Assembly: GCA_963695875.1 (NCBI GenBank)
Contig: CAVOID010000011.1
Location: 128,001 to 192,000 of the forward strand
Source of the DNA: an uncultured delta proteobacterium
GTDB taxonomy: Bacteria; Desulfobacterota; Syntrophia; Syntrophales; UBA2185
DNA length: 64,000 nucleotides
Direction: 5' to 3'
Shown: piece after piece, positions 9,505 through 20,772 of the stretch
How the letters are laid out: each line of letters opens with the position of its first letter
Numbering within the stretch: position 1 is the stretch's first letter
Translations under genes and position numbers: made by a program
Notes under the pieces: model-generated
Told to the model about the DNA's origin: nothing
Databases searched by the model: none
Seen by the model: only the letters and a program-made list of their open reading frames with translations

Positions 9505-10851
9505 ATGAATTTTAAGTCGTTTAATCTACACCCCAACATCGAATCAGGCATCAGGGACCTCGGTTATACAGCGCCCACGCCGATTCAAATACAAGCTATA
9601 CCACCCATTCTTCAGAACCGGGATGTCATGGGACAGGCACAGACCGGAACGGGAAAAACCGCTGCCTTCGTTCTTCCCATCCTGCAACGCCTGATGGACG
9701 GGCCGCGGAAGCGTGTCCGGGCGCTAATCATGGCGCCGACGAGAGAACTGGTGGAGCAGACGCATGAAGCCATCGGTCAACTGGGCCGCTATACGAAACT
9801 GAAGAGCGTCACAATCTATGGAGGCGTGAACCAGAATCCGCAGATCAGCAAGATCCGCAGTGGAGCGGAGATTGTTGTGGCCTGCCCCGGACGTCTGATC
9901 GATCTTATGGATAAGGGCGTGATCGATTTAAGGCGCATTGAAGTCCTTGTCCTGGACGAAGCAGACCGCATGTTCGACATGGGCTTTCTGCCGGATATCC
10001 GGAATATCCTGAAGCGCCTGCCCGTTCAGCGGCAGACGCTCCTTTTTTCGGCCACTATGCCCGATGATGTCCGAGACCTGGCAGAGAGCACCCTGCGCAA
10101 TCCCGTCATCGTACAGGTCGGTGATGCGGTCCCGGTATCCACGGTCTCCCATGCCATCTATCCGGTTGATCCGCACCTCAAGACATCTCTTTTGATGAAG
10201 ATTCTGGAATGCACGGACATGGCGTCGGTGCTCGTCTTTACGCGCACCAAGGACCGCGCGACCCGCCTGGCGAAGCAGATGAAAAGATCCGGGTTTCTTG
10301 TGACCTCGCTGCAGGGCGATCTGCCCCAGAATAAACGACAGGAGGCGCTGGACGGTTTTCGCAGCGGCAAATACCAGGTCCTCGTGGCCACCGACATTGC
10401 CGCCCGCGGCATCGATGTTTCCAAAATATCACACGTGATCAATTATGACATGCCCGACACGGTCGATGCCTACACGCACCGCATCGGACGCACTGGCAGG
10501 GCCGCCAGAACCGGGGATGCGTTCACCTTTGTGACGCGCCCGGACAGGGCTTTTGTGTGGAGCATCGAAAATGTTCTTGGTGAAAAGCTGGAAAGGCGGA
10601 TATTGGATAATTTCAATTACGCGATACCAGCGCCGGAAGCCGGTAAGGGATCCGACCGCTCACAGCACTCCAGGAAGCGGTCGAGCTTGACGAAAGTCCC
10701 GGCAAATTCTCCGGCACGACATGCCCGTTCTTCTTCGCCGGTTTCGCGGCCGGCTTCAGGCGCGGCGAGAGGACGGAAGGATCTTTCTCAGTTCCCGTTT
10801 CTCGTTGGTTCACCCCAATTGAAATCGCGCCGATCCCACAGCATACGTTGA
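9505..10851 (+). CDS. rhlE: DEAD-box RNA helicase, RhlE-like
   Basis: Q motif, AQTGTGKT, PTREL, DEAD, SAT, HRIGRTGR; basic C-terminal tail. Confidence 0.92.
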   Translation: MNFKSFNLHPNIESGIRDLGYTAPTPIQIQAIPPILQNRDVMGQAQTGTGKTAAFVLPILQRLMDGPRKRVRALIMAPTRELVEQTHEAIGQLGRYTKLKSVTIYGGVNQNPQISKIRSGAEIVVACPGRLIDLMDKGVIDLRRIEVLVLDEADRMFDMGFLPDIRNILKRLPVQRQTLLFSATMPDDVRDLAESTLRNPVIVQVGDAVPVSTVSHAIYPVDPHLKTSLLMKILECTDMASVLVFTRTKDRATRLAKQMKRSGFLVTSLQGDLPQNKRQEALDGFRSGKYQVLVATDIAARGIDVSKISHVINYDMPDTVDAYTHRIGRTGRAARTGDAFTFVTRPDRAFVWSIENVLGEKLERRILDNFNYAIPAPEAGKGSDRSQHSRKRSSLTKVPANSPARHARSSSPVSRPASGAARGRKDLSQFPFLVGSPQLKSRRSHSIR

Positions 10852-10937
10852 TCGTACTCGCTTTTCAGCGGACTCCCAACGGTCGATCGTCATTGGGTTG
10901 ATCGCTTTCATGAAATATGGTGAGGCAGATACATCAT

Positions 10938-12021
10938 CTAAACACGGGAATAGGTAACGCTGTCTTTTTCAAACTCTTCGATGATTTCGTCAGTCAGGGA
11001 CGGACGGATTTTTGGCATGATCTCAAAAATAGTTTCCGTAGACACCCAATAATCCCGCTTAGTGGCAAGTTCCTGTTCAAAGGCCAACTGCGCGACCTGT
11101 TGGAAGAGATATTCCATATCGGCCGGAGTAAATCGGGACGTCATCTTTATAATACGGTCAAGATCGATCTCGCCTGTATGAAGCTTGGATAGGTAGTGTC
11201 TCAGTATCGTTTTTCTCTCATCCTCATTCAAACCGCCCACCGGAATGATGCAATCAAATCTTCCCGGGCGAAGCAGCGCGGTATCCAGTTGCCTGATGTA
11301 ATTAGTAGCGCAAATAAGGAGTATGTTGTTACCCTGATTTTTAAGAAGCGGGACCTGCTTGAGAAATTCATTTGTAATAGACTTGTCAATGCGGCTCGCC
11401 TCGTCCCGACTGCCCGCGATCTCTTCAAACTCATCGATAAAGATGACGGCTTCCTCCAGATTTCGTGCCTTTTCCATTATCATGCGCAGATTAGCCCCCA
11501 CCCTTTCGGTTCCGTCAACCATCAGCATGCTCGGAGCAATTTCAATGAACCACCAGGAAAGGACTCCTGCTATTGCTCTGGCAAAATGAGTTTTACCTGT
11601 ACCGGGAGGTCCAAAGAAAATGATGGTCTTGGGAGGAACAACACCATGCTTTTTCGAAAGATCCCGCTCTGTCAGGGGAAGTATTATTTTCCTTTGAACT
11701 AACTGCTTTGGAGGCTGAGAATCGGAGATGGTATCCCATATTTCTTTTCTGCTGGTCTGAGCCCCCATCTCATTCAGGATGTCCCTCCGTTTATAGGCCA
11801 GGTATTCCTCATTGGCTTGCTCTATATTTTCGAGGAAATCGATGCATGCGACCCGCAAGACCTACATCCCGACCCAGTTTTTCAGACATGAGCCATTTAT
11901 GCTGCAAAATTCTCGGCCATAGGTCAGCGGCAGCATCAGGATCAAATTTTGTGCCGCTTATCTCAAATATTTTACTCGCGCACGACTCGGGTGACAGTTT
12001 CTCTGTTAAGTCTTCGTTCAT
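10938..12021 (-). CDS. AAA+ ATPase with N-terminal DUF4032-like domain (frameshift near 11855)
   Basis: GPPGTGKT, IFIDEFE, ATNY, ALLRPGRFD; upstream ORF 11809-12021 has ILQHKWLMSEKLGRDVG and joins by a 1-nt shift. Confidence 0.8.
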
Positions 12022-12231
12022 GATTCGCCTTCCCTCAAGGACCTGATATCTTTGCCGGATTAATATTGTGAATTTTCCAACTTTTTCCAGTCACTTGTTT
12101 TTTTGATGGTGCAAGTATAGGGCAAAATGATCCTGTGTCAAGGAGAAGGTACCACAAAAGTTCTGCTTCCTCGATGGACTCTACTCTTTCAAGTGTAGAA
12201 AATAATTATTGAAATAATTAAAGAATAATCC

Positions 12232-12345
12232 TTGACTTCCGGTAAAGGGCATCATATATTAGCAACAAGATATAAGTTTGGATATAACATTTTGAAGTGC
12301 AAAGATGGCCACCAAGCTTTTCAAGTCTCGGTGGCCTTTTTCTTT
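12232..12345 (+). promoter_or_regulatory. sigma70 promoter and leader hairpin/U-tract upstream of csp
   Basis: TTGACT-17-TATATT at 12232-12260; ggccacc...ggtggcc stem 12307-12336 followed by T-run. Confidence 0.6.
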
Positions 12346-12399
12346 CTGTCATAGTGGCAATCCGACTTAAGAAAATTTTGAGAAAGGAGGATGAAAGCG

Positions 12400-12600
12400 A
12401 TGTCAGAAGGTAAAGTAAAATGGTTTAATGAACGTAAAGGCTTCGGATTCATTGAAAAGGATGACGGTGGTGATGTATTTGTTCATCACAGTGCCATTCA
12501 GGCTGAAGGTTTTAAGACGTTAAATGAAGGCCAGCGTGTCAGTTTTGATGTTACGCAGGGTGCAAAAGGCCCGGCAGCGGAAAACGTGAAACCCTTATAA
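12400..12600 (+). CDS. cspA: Cold-shock protein (CspA family)
   Basis: GKVKWFN, KGFGFI (RNP1), DVFVH (RNP2); RBS aggagg. Confidence 0.95.
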   Translation: MSEGKVKWFNERKGFGFIEKDDGGDVFVHHSAIQAEGFKTLNEGQRVSFDVTQGAKGPAAENVKPL

Positions 12601-12618
12601 GTTCATGATCGGAAAGGA

Positions 12619-12665
12619 AGAGGCGCTCCTCGTATGGTTTACCATGTGTGGGAGCGCCTTTTTTG
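12619..12665 (+). terminator. Intrinsic terminator after csp
   Basis: aggcgctcc...ggagcgcct stem plus T-run. Confidence 0.75.
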
Positions 12666-12709
12666 TATAAAACTTTAGATGCTAATTTAATTAAGAGGCC
12701 TTGAAAATA

Positions 12710-13075
12710 ATGAATGCACGCTGGGTGCTTGATACTCTCTGGCCGGAACTCCCGCAAGTTGATTGTACAATCGTAGCACGGTGGTGGCCCTGGGACTATT
12801 ACTGTGTATCGACAATACGGGTATGGCAAGATAAGTTAGATCCGATATACAAAAGTATAAAAATAAATTCTCTCCACCCGCAGCAATATGTAACACATAT
12901 CTATAAGTGTGATAAAAACGGCAGGAGCGATGTGAACCATTTTTATTATATGAAAGAATATCCTGACTCAAAACTGGCAAGAAGAGGCCACAAAGAAGTG
13001 GTAGATCTACTGGAAAAAGGCATGCTTAAGTTAATAAATCGAGTTCGGCCAGGCAATAAACAGTTAACCAGCTAA
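12710..13075 (+). CDS. Hypothetical protein
   Basis: ~121-aa ORF; VST...Y...ARRGHKEVV pattern loosely recalls small phage proteins. Confidence 0.55.
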   Translation: MNARWVLDTLWPELPQVDCTIVARWWPWDYYCVSTIRVWQDKLDPIYKSIKINSLHPQQYVTHIYKCDKNGRSDVNHFYYMKEYPDSKLARRGHKEVVDLLEKGMLKLINRVRPGNKQLTS

Positions 13076-13082
13076 TTCTCGC

Positions 13083-13300
13083 TTACAACTCTCCATAATT
13101 CTTGTGTCGATCCCTCCCCATCAATTCTCCCAACGCATGAAAGCTCAATCCCTTCATCCTCTTAAAACAGGAAACAGCTAAATCCCTTTTTCGAAGTTTG
13201 GGATCCATTCTCCGTTTACGGATCTGCTCGCCAATATTTTGGAGATTCGGAATATCCATTTTGTTGATCATACACACGAGGTACGGTAAGGCTTAGGAAA
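13083..13300 (-). pseudogene. Degenerate XRE-type HTH regulator remnant
   Basis: IGEQIRKRRMD...RDLA and KRMKGLSFHALGELMG resemble collapsed halves of a double-HTH protein. Confidence 0.5.
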
Positions 13301-13312
13301 AATTGGGAAAAG

Positions 13313-13422
13313 GTACTTAAAGTCGCCAGAACCATCGCGGATATCGAAGAAGAAGATAAATGCTCTCCAACCATGTGGCCGAGGCCATTCAGTACAGAAA
13401 TCTTGATAGAAAAATGATTTAG
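13313..13422 (+). pseudogene. comM: comM 3'-end fragment, copy 3 (most divergent; probably the original chromosomal end)
   Basis: [35 protein letters not shown] with a 1-nt indel; directly precedes ilvE. Confidence 0.85.
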
Positions 13423-13475
13423 TGATAAGGAACCGGTACCAATTGGATGTTTAATGCATAAAGGGAGATAAGCGT

Positions 13476-14555
13476 ATGGAAATCAGAATTGTTAAAGCTG
13501 AACCGACAAAAATGAAGCCAAAACCTGCCGATGAGTCAAAACTTGGATTCGGGAAAATATTCACTGACCATTTCTTTACCATGAAGTACCATGCGGATCG
13601 CGGCTGGTATGATGCCATGATAGAACCATACCGGCTTATATCGCTGGAACCCACCGCCATGTGTCTTCATTACGGACAGGAAATATTTGAAGGGCTGAAG
13701 GCGTACAGGGGGAAAGATGATCAAATCTACCTCTTCAGGCCTTATGAAAATATTAATCGTATGAACGCCTCGGCGGAAAGGCTTTGTATGCCCAAAGTCG
13801 ATCCGGAATTATTTATGGACGCCCTTGAAGAAACTCGTCCTTATTGAGAAGGATTGGATTCCCCGAACCCGAGGGGCATCTCTCTATATCAGGCCGACGA
13901 TGATTGCTACGGAAGCGGCCCTGGGTGTGCATGACTGCCAATGAATACCTTTTTTTCATTGTCGTGGGCCCAGTGGGTGTTTACTATCCCCAGGGCTTCA
14001 GCCCAACCAGTATGTATGTGACTGATGACTATGTCCGGGCTGTGCGCGGAGGTATAGGATACTGTAAAGCTGCCGGCAATTATGCGGCCAGTCTCCGGGC
14101 GAGCAAGCTGGCCATGGAAAAGGGATTTACACAGGTGCTTTGGTTGGATGCAGATCGAGAGAAAGTATATCGAAGAAGTGGGGACAAGCAATGTCTTTTT
14201 CCTCATCGGGGAAGAGCTGATTACACCGCCCCTCGGGGGAAGCATCCTCCCCGGGGTACCCGAGAATTCCGTAATTCAGATGGCCAGAAGCTGGAACATT
14301 CGCGTTTCGGAGAGACCCATATCTATCGACGAGATTATGGATTCATCTGCCAATGGGAGCCTGAAGGAGGCATTTGCCTCCGGAACGGCGGCAATCGTTT
14401 CCCCCATCGGACAGATTTCTTACAAGGGAAAGGCAATTATCATTAATAAGGAAGAAACAGGTACTCTTACAGAAAAATTATACAATGAAATACTGCAGAT
14501 ACAATACGGCGAAAAGGATGATCCGTTTGGCTGGAGAATGCCGGTATCGGACTAA
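13476..14555 (+). CDS. ilvE: Branched-chain amino acid aminotransferase (several frameshifts)
   Basis: [52 protein letters not shown] spread over three ORFs. Confidence 0.9.
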
Positions 14556-14806
14556 GAAACTCTCAAGTTTGATGATATGCCTCTTGAAACATGTACTTGG
14601 AATTAAATCCACAGGCATGTGGAAAAGGCTGTTGATGAACATGTTGATAACAATCGTAAGTCTGTCAATTGCGACAATTTTATACCTAATTGCATATGAT
14701 TTAGGCAGCAAATAATATGAATAATTACAGTATGTTACGTAAGCATTCCTTTGATTTCTGCTACTTATTGAGTTCTCTTTAGGAAGATATAAACTTCTGG
14801 AAAAAA

Positions 14807-15539
14807 ATGTGCCATTTTTTCACTTTTTTTACATTAAAAAATATTAAAATAGAGTATCGCGCAGCAATGCGGTTATTTAATCACAATGGCGGGCATTATA
14901 ATCTGCCTGCTCTTTATTTCCGTTACGCAGACCCCTGCGGAACTTATGCCTCTCGAAGAGTTAATTGCAAAGGCACAGGAAAGATATGAAAAATCAGAAG
15001 ACCTTAAGGCACGTTTCATCCAGGAAGTCGACGATCAAGGCGATGAATAAAACGGATCGTGAAGAAGGGATTCTCTATGTGAAAAATCCCAAGAGAATGT
15101 TGTGGAACTATTCGAAGCCAAAAGCAAAAAAATTAATTATCAATCCTAAAAGGGCCTGGTTATATATTCCGGACGATCGTGTGGTCTACATTCAGGAAGC
15201 GGAAAATATCTATAAATCGAAACTTGGCCGTGAAGTTTCTCTCCGGTATAGGCAAGCTGGGTGAGGATTTCCATATAGGCTATGCCAGGCCCGAGCCGGT
15301 GGATGGGAAAGGAAATTATCTTCTTACCCTTGTTCCCAAAGTATCCGATATGGGAATTGATACATTACATCTGACCATAGACAGGGATAATTTCCAGGTT
15401 ATCCAGTGCAGTTTTATGGACTTGTATGGTAATATTACCCGTATACGGCTCATGGATATAAAAATCAACAACAACCTCTGCCGATAAGCTGTTTCACTTC
15501 AAGCCTCCGGCCGGGGTGGAAGTGTTCAATATGCCATGA
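14807..15539 (+). CDS. lolA: Outer-membrane lipoprotein carrier LolA (frameshifted; start approximate)
   Basis: ARFIQE, GILYVKNPKRMLWNYSKP and C-terminal LFHFKPPAGVEV. Confidence 0.75.
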
Positions 15540-15550
15540 GACCTTTACAG

Positions 15551-15690
15551 GCTGTTGAAAACCGCCCATCTGCGGCGTTGCGCTGCGCCCTTAGCCATTC
15601 GACGTACGTCTATGTACGCCTCACGACTCAGGTCTTGCACGCCTTGCATCTGGACATTTTGACGCTGATGACAGTGTTTTTTTCAACGGC
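15551..15690. mobile_element. MITE-like element with terminal inverted repeats
   Basis: gctgttgaaaa ... ttttcaacggc ends (10/11 match); GC-rich palindromic interior. Confidence 0.6.
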
Positions 15691-15810
15691 ACCAAACAAG
15701 GCCTCTCTCCGGAAACTTCTCAAAGTCTTTTATGCGAATTTGCTTAATTTGCGATAAGTAATCCAGTATGTTTCTCATGGATTATGATGCTCTGTTGTGG
15801 AGGGTAGCAA

Positions 15811-17809
15811 ATGATACGATATCACATTCGATGAAACGACATGCCTGGATATTGGAGAAGGCATTGAGCTTAGAGTGGCTGGAAACCAATGGATTCGGGG
15901 GTTATGCATCCAGTACGATACTGAGCTGCAATACAAGGAAGTACCACGGCCTCTTGGTAGCGAATCTCAAAATACCTCAGGGCAGGCACGTCCTTCTTTC
16001 GTGGCTTGAGGACTCCATTTCTCTGAAGGGAAAGAGTTCTTCCTGTCATGCTGTCAATATCCGGGCGTCTTTCACCCTCGGGAGAAACATTTTCTCAAGG
16101 AATTTCGTCTGGCTTATTCTCCCCAGTTTACCTATGAAGCAGATGGGTTTCGCCTTCATAAGGCAATTATGATGGTGCATGGCGAGGATCGCGTCCTGAT
16201 CAGGTACGATGTTGAGCATTGTCCGGTTTCCCGGCATCTTCCGCGTTAAACCATTTCTCGCATATCGGGGATTTCATGCACTGACAACACAAAATATGTA
16301 TCTCCATACAGAGACATGCGCGATAGAGAACGGATTCAAGATGACGCCGTATGATGGCATGCCGCATATTTTTATGCACACAAATGTGAAAGTCGCGAAT
16401 TCCATCCTTCTCCTGTCTGGCATAATAATTTTGAATATCGGGTGGAAAAAGAAAGGGGATTTGATTGGCATGAGGATCTCTTTCGTCCCGGCATTTTTGA
16501 GATTCCTGTAAAAAAGGGAAGCACCGTCATCGTTTCCGCATCGCTGGATTTTGCGAGGAAGGACTAGAGGAGATATGGACAGACGAAATGAGAAGGCGGG
16601 TCGATGAGGCATCAAGAGATGAAAAGATCGCAGAAAATTTTGAAAATGAAGAGGATAGAATTCATGTCCGGAATCTGATTGCAGTCGGGTCAGCAGTTCC
16701 TGATCAAAACACCGTCGGGCCGACCGTCAATTATCGCGGGATATCACTGGTTCGGTGACTGGGGACGGGATACACTCATTTCCCTGCCGGGTCTGACATT
16801 CTGCAGTCGGCCGTATCCCGGAGGGGATTGCCATCCTCGCTTCACTCGGTGCGCATGAAAAAAATGGTCATCCTGCCTAATTATTTCTCCGACGATGAGA
16901 CGGAAAATGCCTACAATACAGTGGATACCTCGCTCTGGTATTTCTGGGCCGTTCAGCAGATGCTGAAATACACGGGCGATATCGGAGATCATCGAAAGCC
17001 GGATATGGCCGGTCATGAAGAAGATTCTGCAAGGGATATATGGACGGAACCGCATTCAATATCCATATGAGCGAAAAACGGTTTACTTCACGCAGGCGAT
17101 AAAGATACGCAACTGACATGGATGGATGCCACCGTTGAAGGCAAACCTGTCACCCCGAGATGGGGATATGCCGTGGAGATCAATGCCCTCTGGTACAATG
17201 CCATCTGTTTTGCCCATGAACTTGCGCAGCGTTTTGATGACCATGAATCTTTTTTCCATGATCCTGATTCCCGAGGATAAAAAGTCCTTTGTTGAATACC
17301 TTCTGGATCGAAGAGCGAGGCGTATCTCGGCGATGTTTTTCGCGATGACTATCTGGATCGTACCGTAAGGCCGAATCAGATTCTGGCCGTCTCGCTTCCC
17401 CATTCACCGTTGGAATCTCGCTCAACGGTCCGGAGTAGTTGAGAAAGTCAGGCAGCACCTGCTTACCTCTGTGGGATTAAGAACCCTCTCGCCGGAAGAC
17501 AAAAACTATAGGGGAAGGTACGAAGGCGATGGACCTGCAAGAGACGCGGCTTACCATCAAGGTACCGTATGGCCATGGTTAATAGCGCATTTTGGTGAGG
17601 CATACATCAGGGTTGCTAAAGACAAGACCGCAGCGAAGATGTTTCTCTTCGACTATGTTCGATCATTTGTCCGTCAGCATATGCCGGAGGCCGGTGTAGG
17701 CTGCATATCTGAAATATTTGATGGTGATCCTCCGCATCGCCCTAATGGCTGCATTTCTCAAGCCTGGAGCGTAGCCGGATTGATCAGACTTGTACACATT
17801 GCTCAATGA
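15811..17809 (+). CDS. Glycogen debranching enzyme / amylo-alpha-1,6-glucosidase (many frameshifts)
   Basis: [70 protein letters not shown]. Confidence 0.88.
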
Positions 17810-18128
17810 GAATGCAGATTAAATAGAAAACCCTCATGGTCTGTAGGGCGCTTGGCATGTATGAAACTTGTTCCCACCCCTGATAAAAGCATTCGAGGGC
17901 AGGCTCCGGCGGTGAACCAGGATGAATACCTGATATGTCCCCCTTTGCAAAAGGGGGAATATATGGAATCTATTTTCGTAATAACGGATAAGTCAAAAGG
18001 GCATTATGTAAGAGATTTTTCTCGTTTACTTTATCCGTTCGTTATGTCATTATCCTGAAAGTTTATTTTAGTGATTTCGTATTACAAGAGTCACCTCTGT
18101 AATAATATTCCAATACAGATTTTTGAAT

Positions 18129-18238
18129 GTGAAGCTCCCCGCCCGCAGGACGGGGCTTCCCGGAAAGGAAGCTATGCTCACATTGCACCCCTTATCCCCG
18201 CCTACAAGGAGGGGCTTGCGGGATGTGCTCCCGGTCGA
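18129..18238 (-). mobile_element. Non-autonomous IS200/IS605-type miniature element, family 1 copy A
   Basis: 110 bp, two GC hairpins, minus strand runs TCGAC...TTCAC; near-identical to 37823-37932. Confidence 0.65.
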
Positions 18239-18253
18239 GGAGGCCATTAGCTC

Positions 18254-19557
18254 GTGAGAATTCTCATGTTTGGATGGGAATTTCCGCCCCATGTCAGCGG
18301 CGGCCTCGGGACTGCCTGTTTCGGTATCACAAAGGCGCTGGCCGGCCTCGGTCACAAGATTATTTTCGTAATTCCGAAAGTGTTGGGTGAGGTCGGACAA
18401 TCACACGTGGAATTTATTTCAGCATCGGAAGTTCCCGTCAAAAAGAAGCATCGTAAAGCGATTCAAAGTCTTCAAGGGCCTTGATATCAGGTTAATAGAT
18501 TCATACCTGAAACCATATCTGAGTGAACGTCAGTATGAGGATTTACTGCGGGGACATGTTGTGAAGCTGCCCGCACACGAAAAGAGGCCGGAGCGAATCG
18601 TGGGAGTCCCTGGTCCTGGAAATCTCTCGAGCACTATGGTCCAAATCTGATTGCCGAAGTTGTAAGATATGCGAAGGTAGCCGGCGCCATCGCTAAAAGT
18701 CAGTCATTCGATGTAATCCACGCCCATGACTGGATGACGGTCCTCGCCGGTCTTTATGCCAAGGAAGTCAGCAAGAAGCCCCTTAATTCTTCATATTCAT
18801 TCCCTTGAATTTGATCGAAGCGGGGAACATATCAATCGGGATATTTTTTATATCGAGCGGTACGGCATGGTTTCGGCAGATCATATTATTGCTGTCAGCC
18901 ATTATACAAAAAATTTGATTGTCAGCCGATATGGTATCGATCCCGATAAAATATCTGTTGTTCATAATGCCGTTTCCCGCACGGAGGCTCCAAACATTTA
19001 CCATGTCGAGAAGAAGTCCCGATAAAAAGATTGTTCTTTTTCTCGGCAGAATTACCTTCCAGAAGGGCCCTGACTACTTCGTCGAAGCAGCGGCAAAAGT
19101 CCTGGAGAAACTTCCGGAAGTGACGTTTGTTATGGCGGGTGCAGGAGACATGATGCCCCGCATGATAGAACGGGTCGCCGAACTGGGCATAGGGAAAAAT
19201 TTTCACTTCACCGGATTTCTGCAGGGAGACCGAAGTCGAACAGATATTTACGATGAGCGACCTTTATGTCATGCCCAGTGTATCTGAACCTTTCGGTATT
19301 TCGCCTCTTGAGGCAATGATATATGATATACCGGTCATTATTTCCAGGCAGTCCGGGGTATCGGAAATACTTCATCACGCGTTGACAGGTGGATTTCTGG
19401 GACGTGGATGAGATTGCTAATAAGATCATAGCAATTTTAAGGTACCCGAGCCTGGTTGCGGAGATTGTCGAGAAGTCACGCGATGAACTGCGCAAGGTCC
19501 GTTGGGAATACGCCGCGAGAAAAGATCGTCGACGTCTACCGGCACGTATTGAAGTGA
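18254..19557 (+). CDS. GT4 glycosyltransferase (frameshifted)
   Basis: MFGWEFPPHVSGGLG, IHAHDW, LFLGRITFQKGP, PSVSEPFGISPLEA. Confidence 0.88.
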
Positions 19558-19569
19558 AAGGGTGGAAAA

Positions 19570-20769
19570 ATGCCAAGTGTATGTCTTGCACTTTCATGTC
19601 CATCAGCCACGCTGGTTGAGGCATTATACCTTTTTCGATATTAATCATGACCATGTTTACGAGGATACGGAAAGAAATCTTCAGCCCTGAACAAAGCATT
19701 GTCCGAAAAATGTTATATTCCGGCCAATGATATAATGTTAAACTTAATAAAAAAGTATAAGGGAGATTTCCGGATTGCCTTTTCGATCACGGGCATTCTC
19801 CTTGATCAACTTGAAAAACACCGCGTTGATGTTCTTGACGGTTTTAAAAGGATTGCTGATACGGGATGCGTGGAGTTCAGTGAATGAGACATACCACCAT
19901 TCACTTGCTTTTCTGTTTTCCACTCCGGGAATTTAAAGAGCAGGTCATGCTGCATAAAAAGAAGATAAAGACCCTGTTCGGTCAAACACCCAAGACGTTT
20001 CGTCATACCGAACTGATCTATAACAGCGATCTCGCAAGGATCATAGAGAAAATGGGATACAATGTCCTTCTGGCCAAGGGTGCGGATAAAGTCTTAGGGT
20101 GGCGGTCTCCCGACTATGTCTATCAGCCGGCAGGGTGTAAGAAACTGAAACTGCTCTTTAGAAATCACCGTCTGTCTGATGATATCGCCGTTCGTTTTTC
20201 GGACTCAAAGTGGTCTGAATATCCCCTCACAGCCGATAAATATGCCCACTGGGTCCACCGCGTTAATGATGCCGGAGATGTTGTTAACCTTTTCATGGAT
20301 TATGAGACATTTGGCGAACATCAAAGTGAGAAAACGGGGATTTTTAAATTTATCCAACAGCTTCCCCGTGAAATCCTGAAACATCCCGATTTCAGGTTTC
20401 AGACCCCTTCGGAGATTGCCGCAGACTATGATCCTGTTGCTCAACTTGATTTAACGAATCTTATCTCACGGGCAGATGTTGAAAGGGATTTAAGCACCTG
20501 GTTGGGAAATACGTTGCAGAAAGATGCCACTAATACACTGTACGGCATGGAATCGAAAGTTAGAAGCCGGAAGAACGGCATGTTTCTAAATGCATGGCGC
20601 ATGCTTCAGGCATCTGACCATTTCTATTACATGCATACCGGAATGGCCCGCCGATGGAGATGTACATAAAGATTCCAATCCCTATGGGTCACCCTATGAT
20701 GCGTATATCAACTATATGAATATTATCGATGATTTTTCCGGTTTCTTAGGTAAGAAAAAAGGAGCGTAA
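19570..20769 (+). CDS. GH57 alpha-amylase / glycoside hydrolase (frameshifted)
   Basis: FHVHQP, ETYHHSL, FRHTELIY, FMDYETFGEH, SDHFYYM, SPYDAYINYMN. Confidence 0.85.
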
Positions 20770-20772
20770 TTA

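Noticed and set aside
4644..13422. Repeated ~60-110-bp sequence as an ncRNA, REP or integron attC
   Set aside because: It is not palindromic, translates to the ComM C-terminus, and varies mostly at synonymous positions
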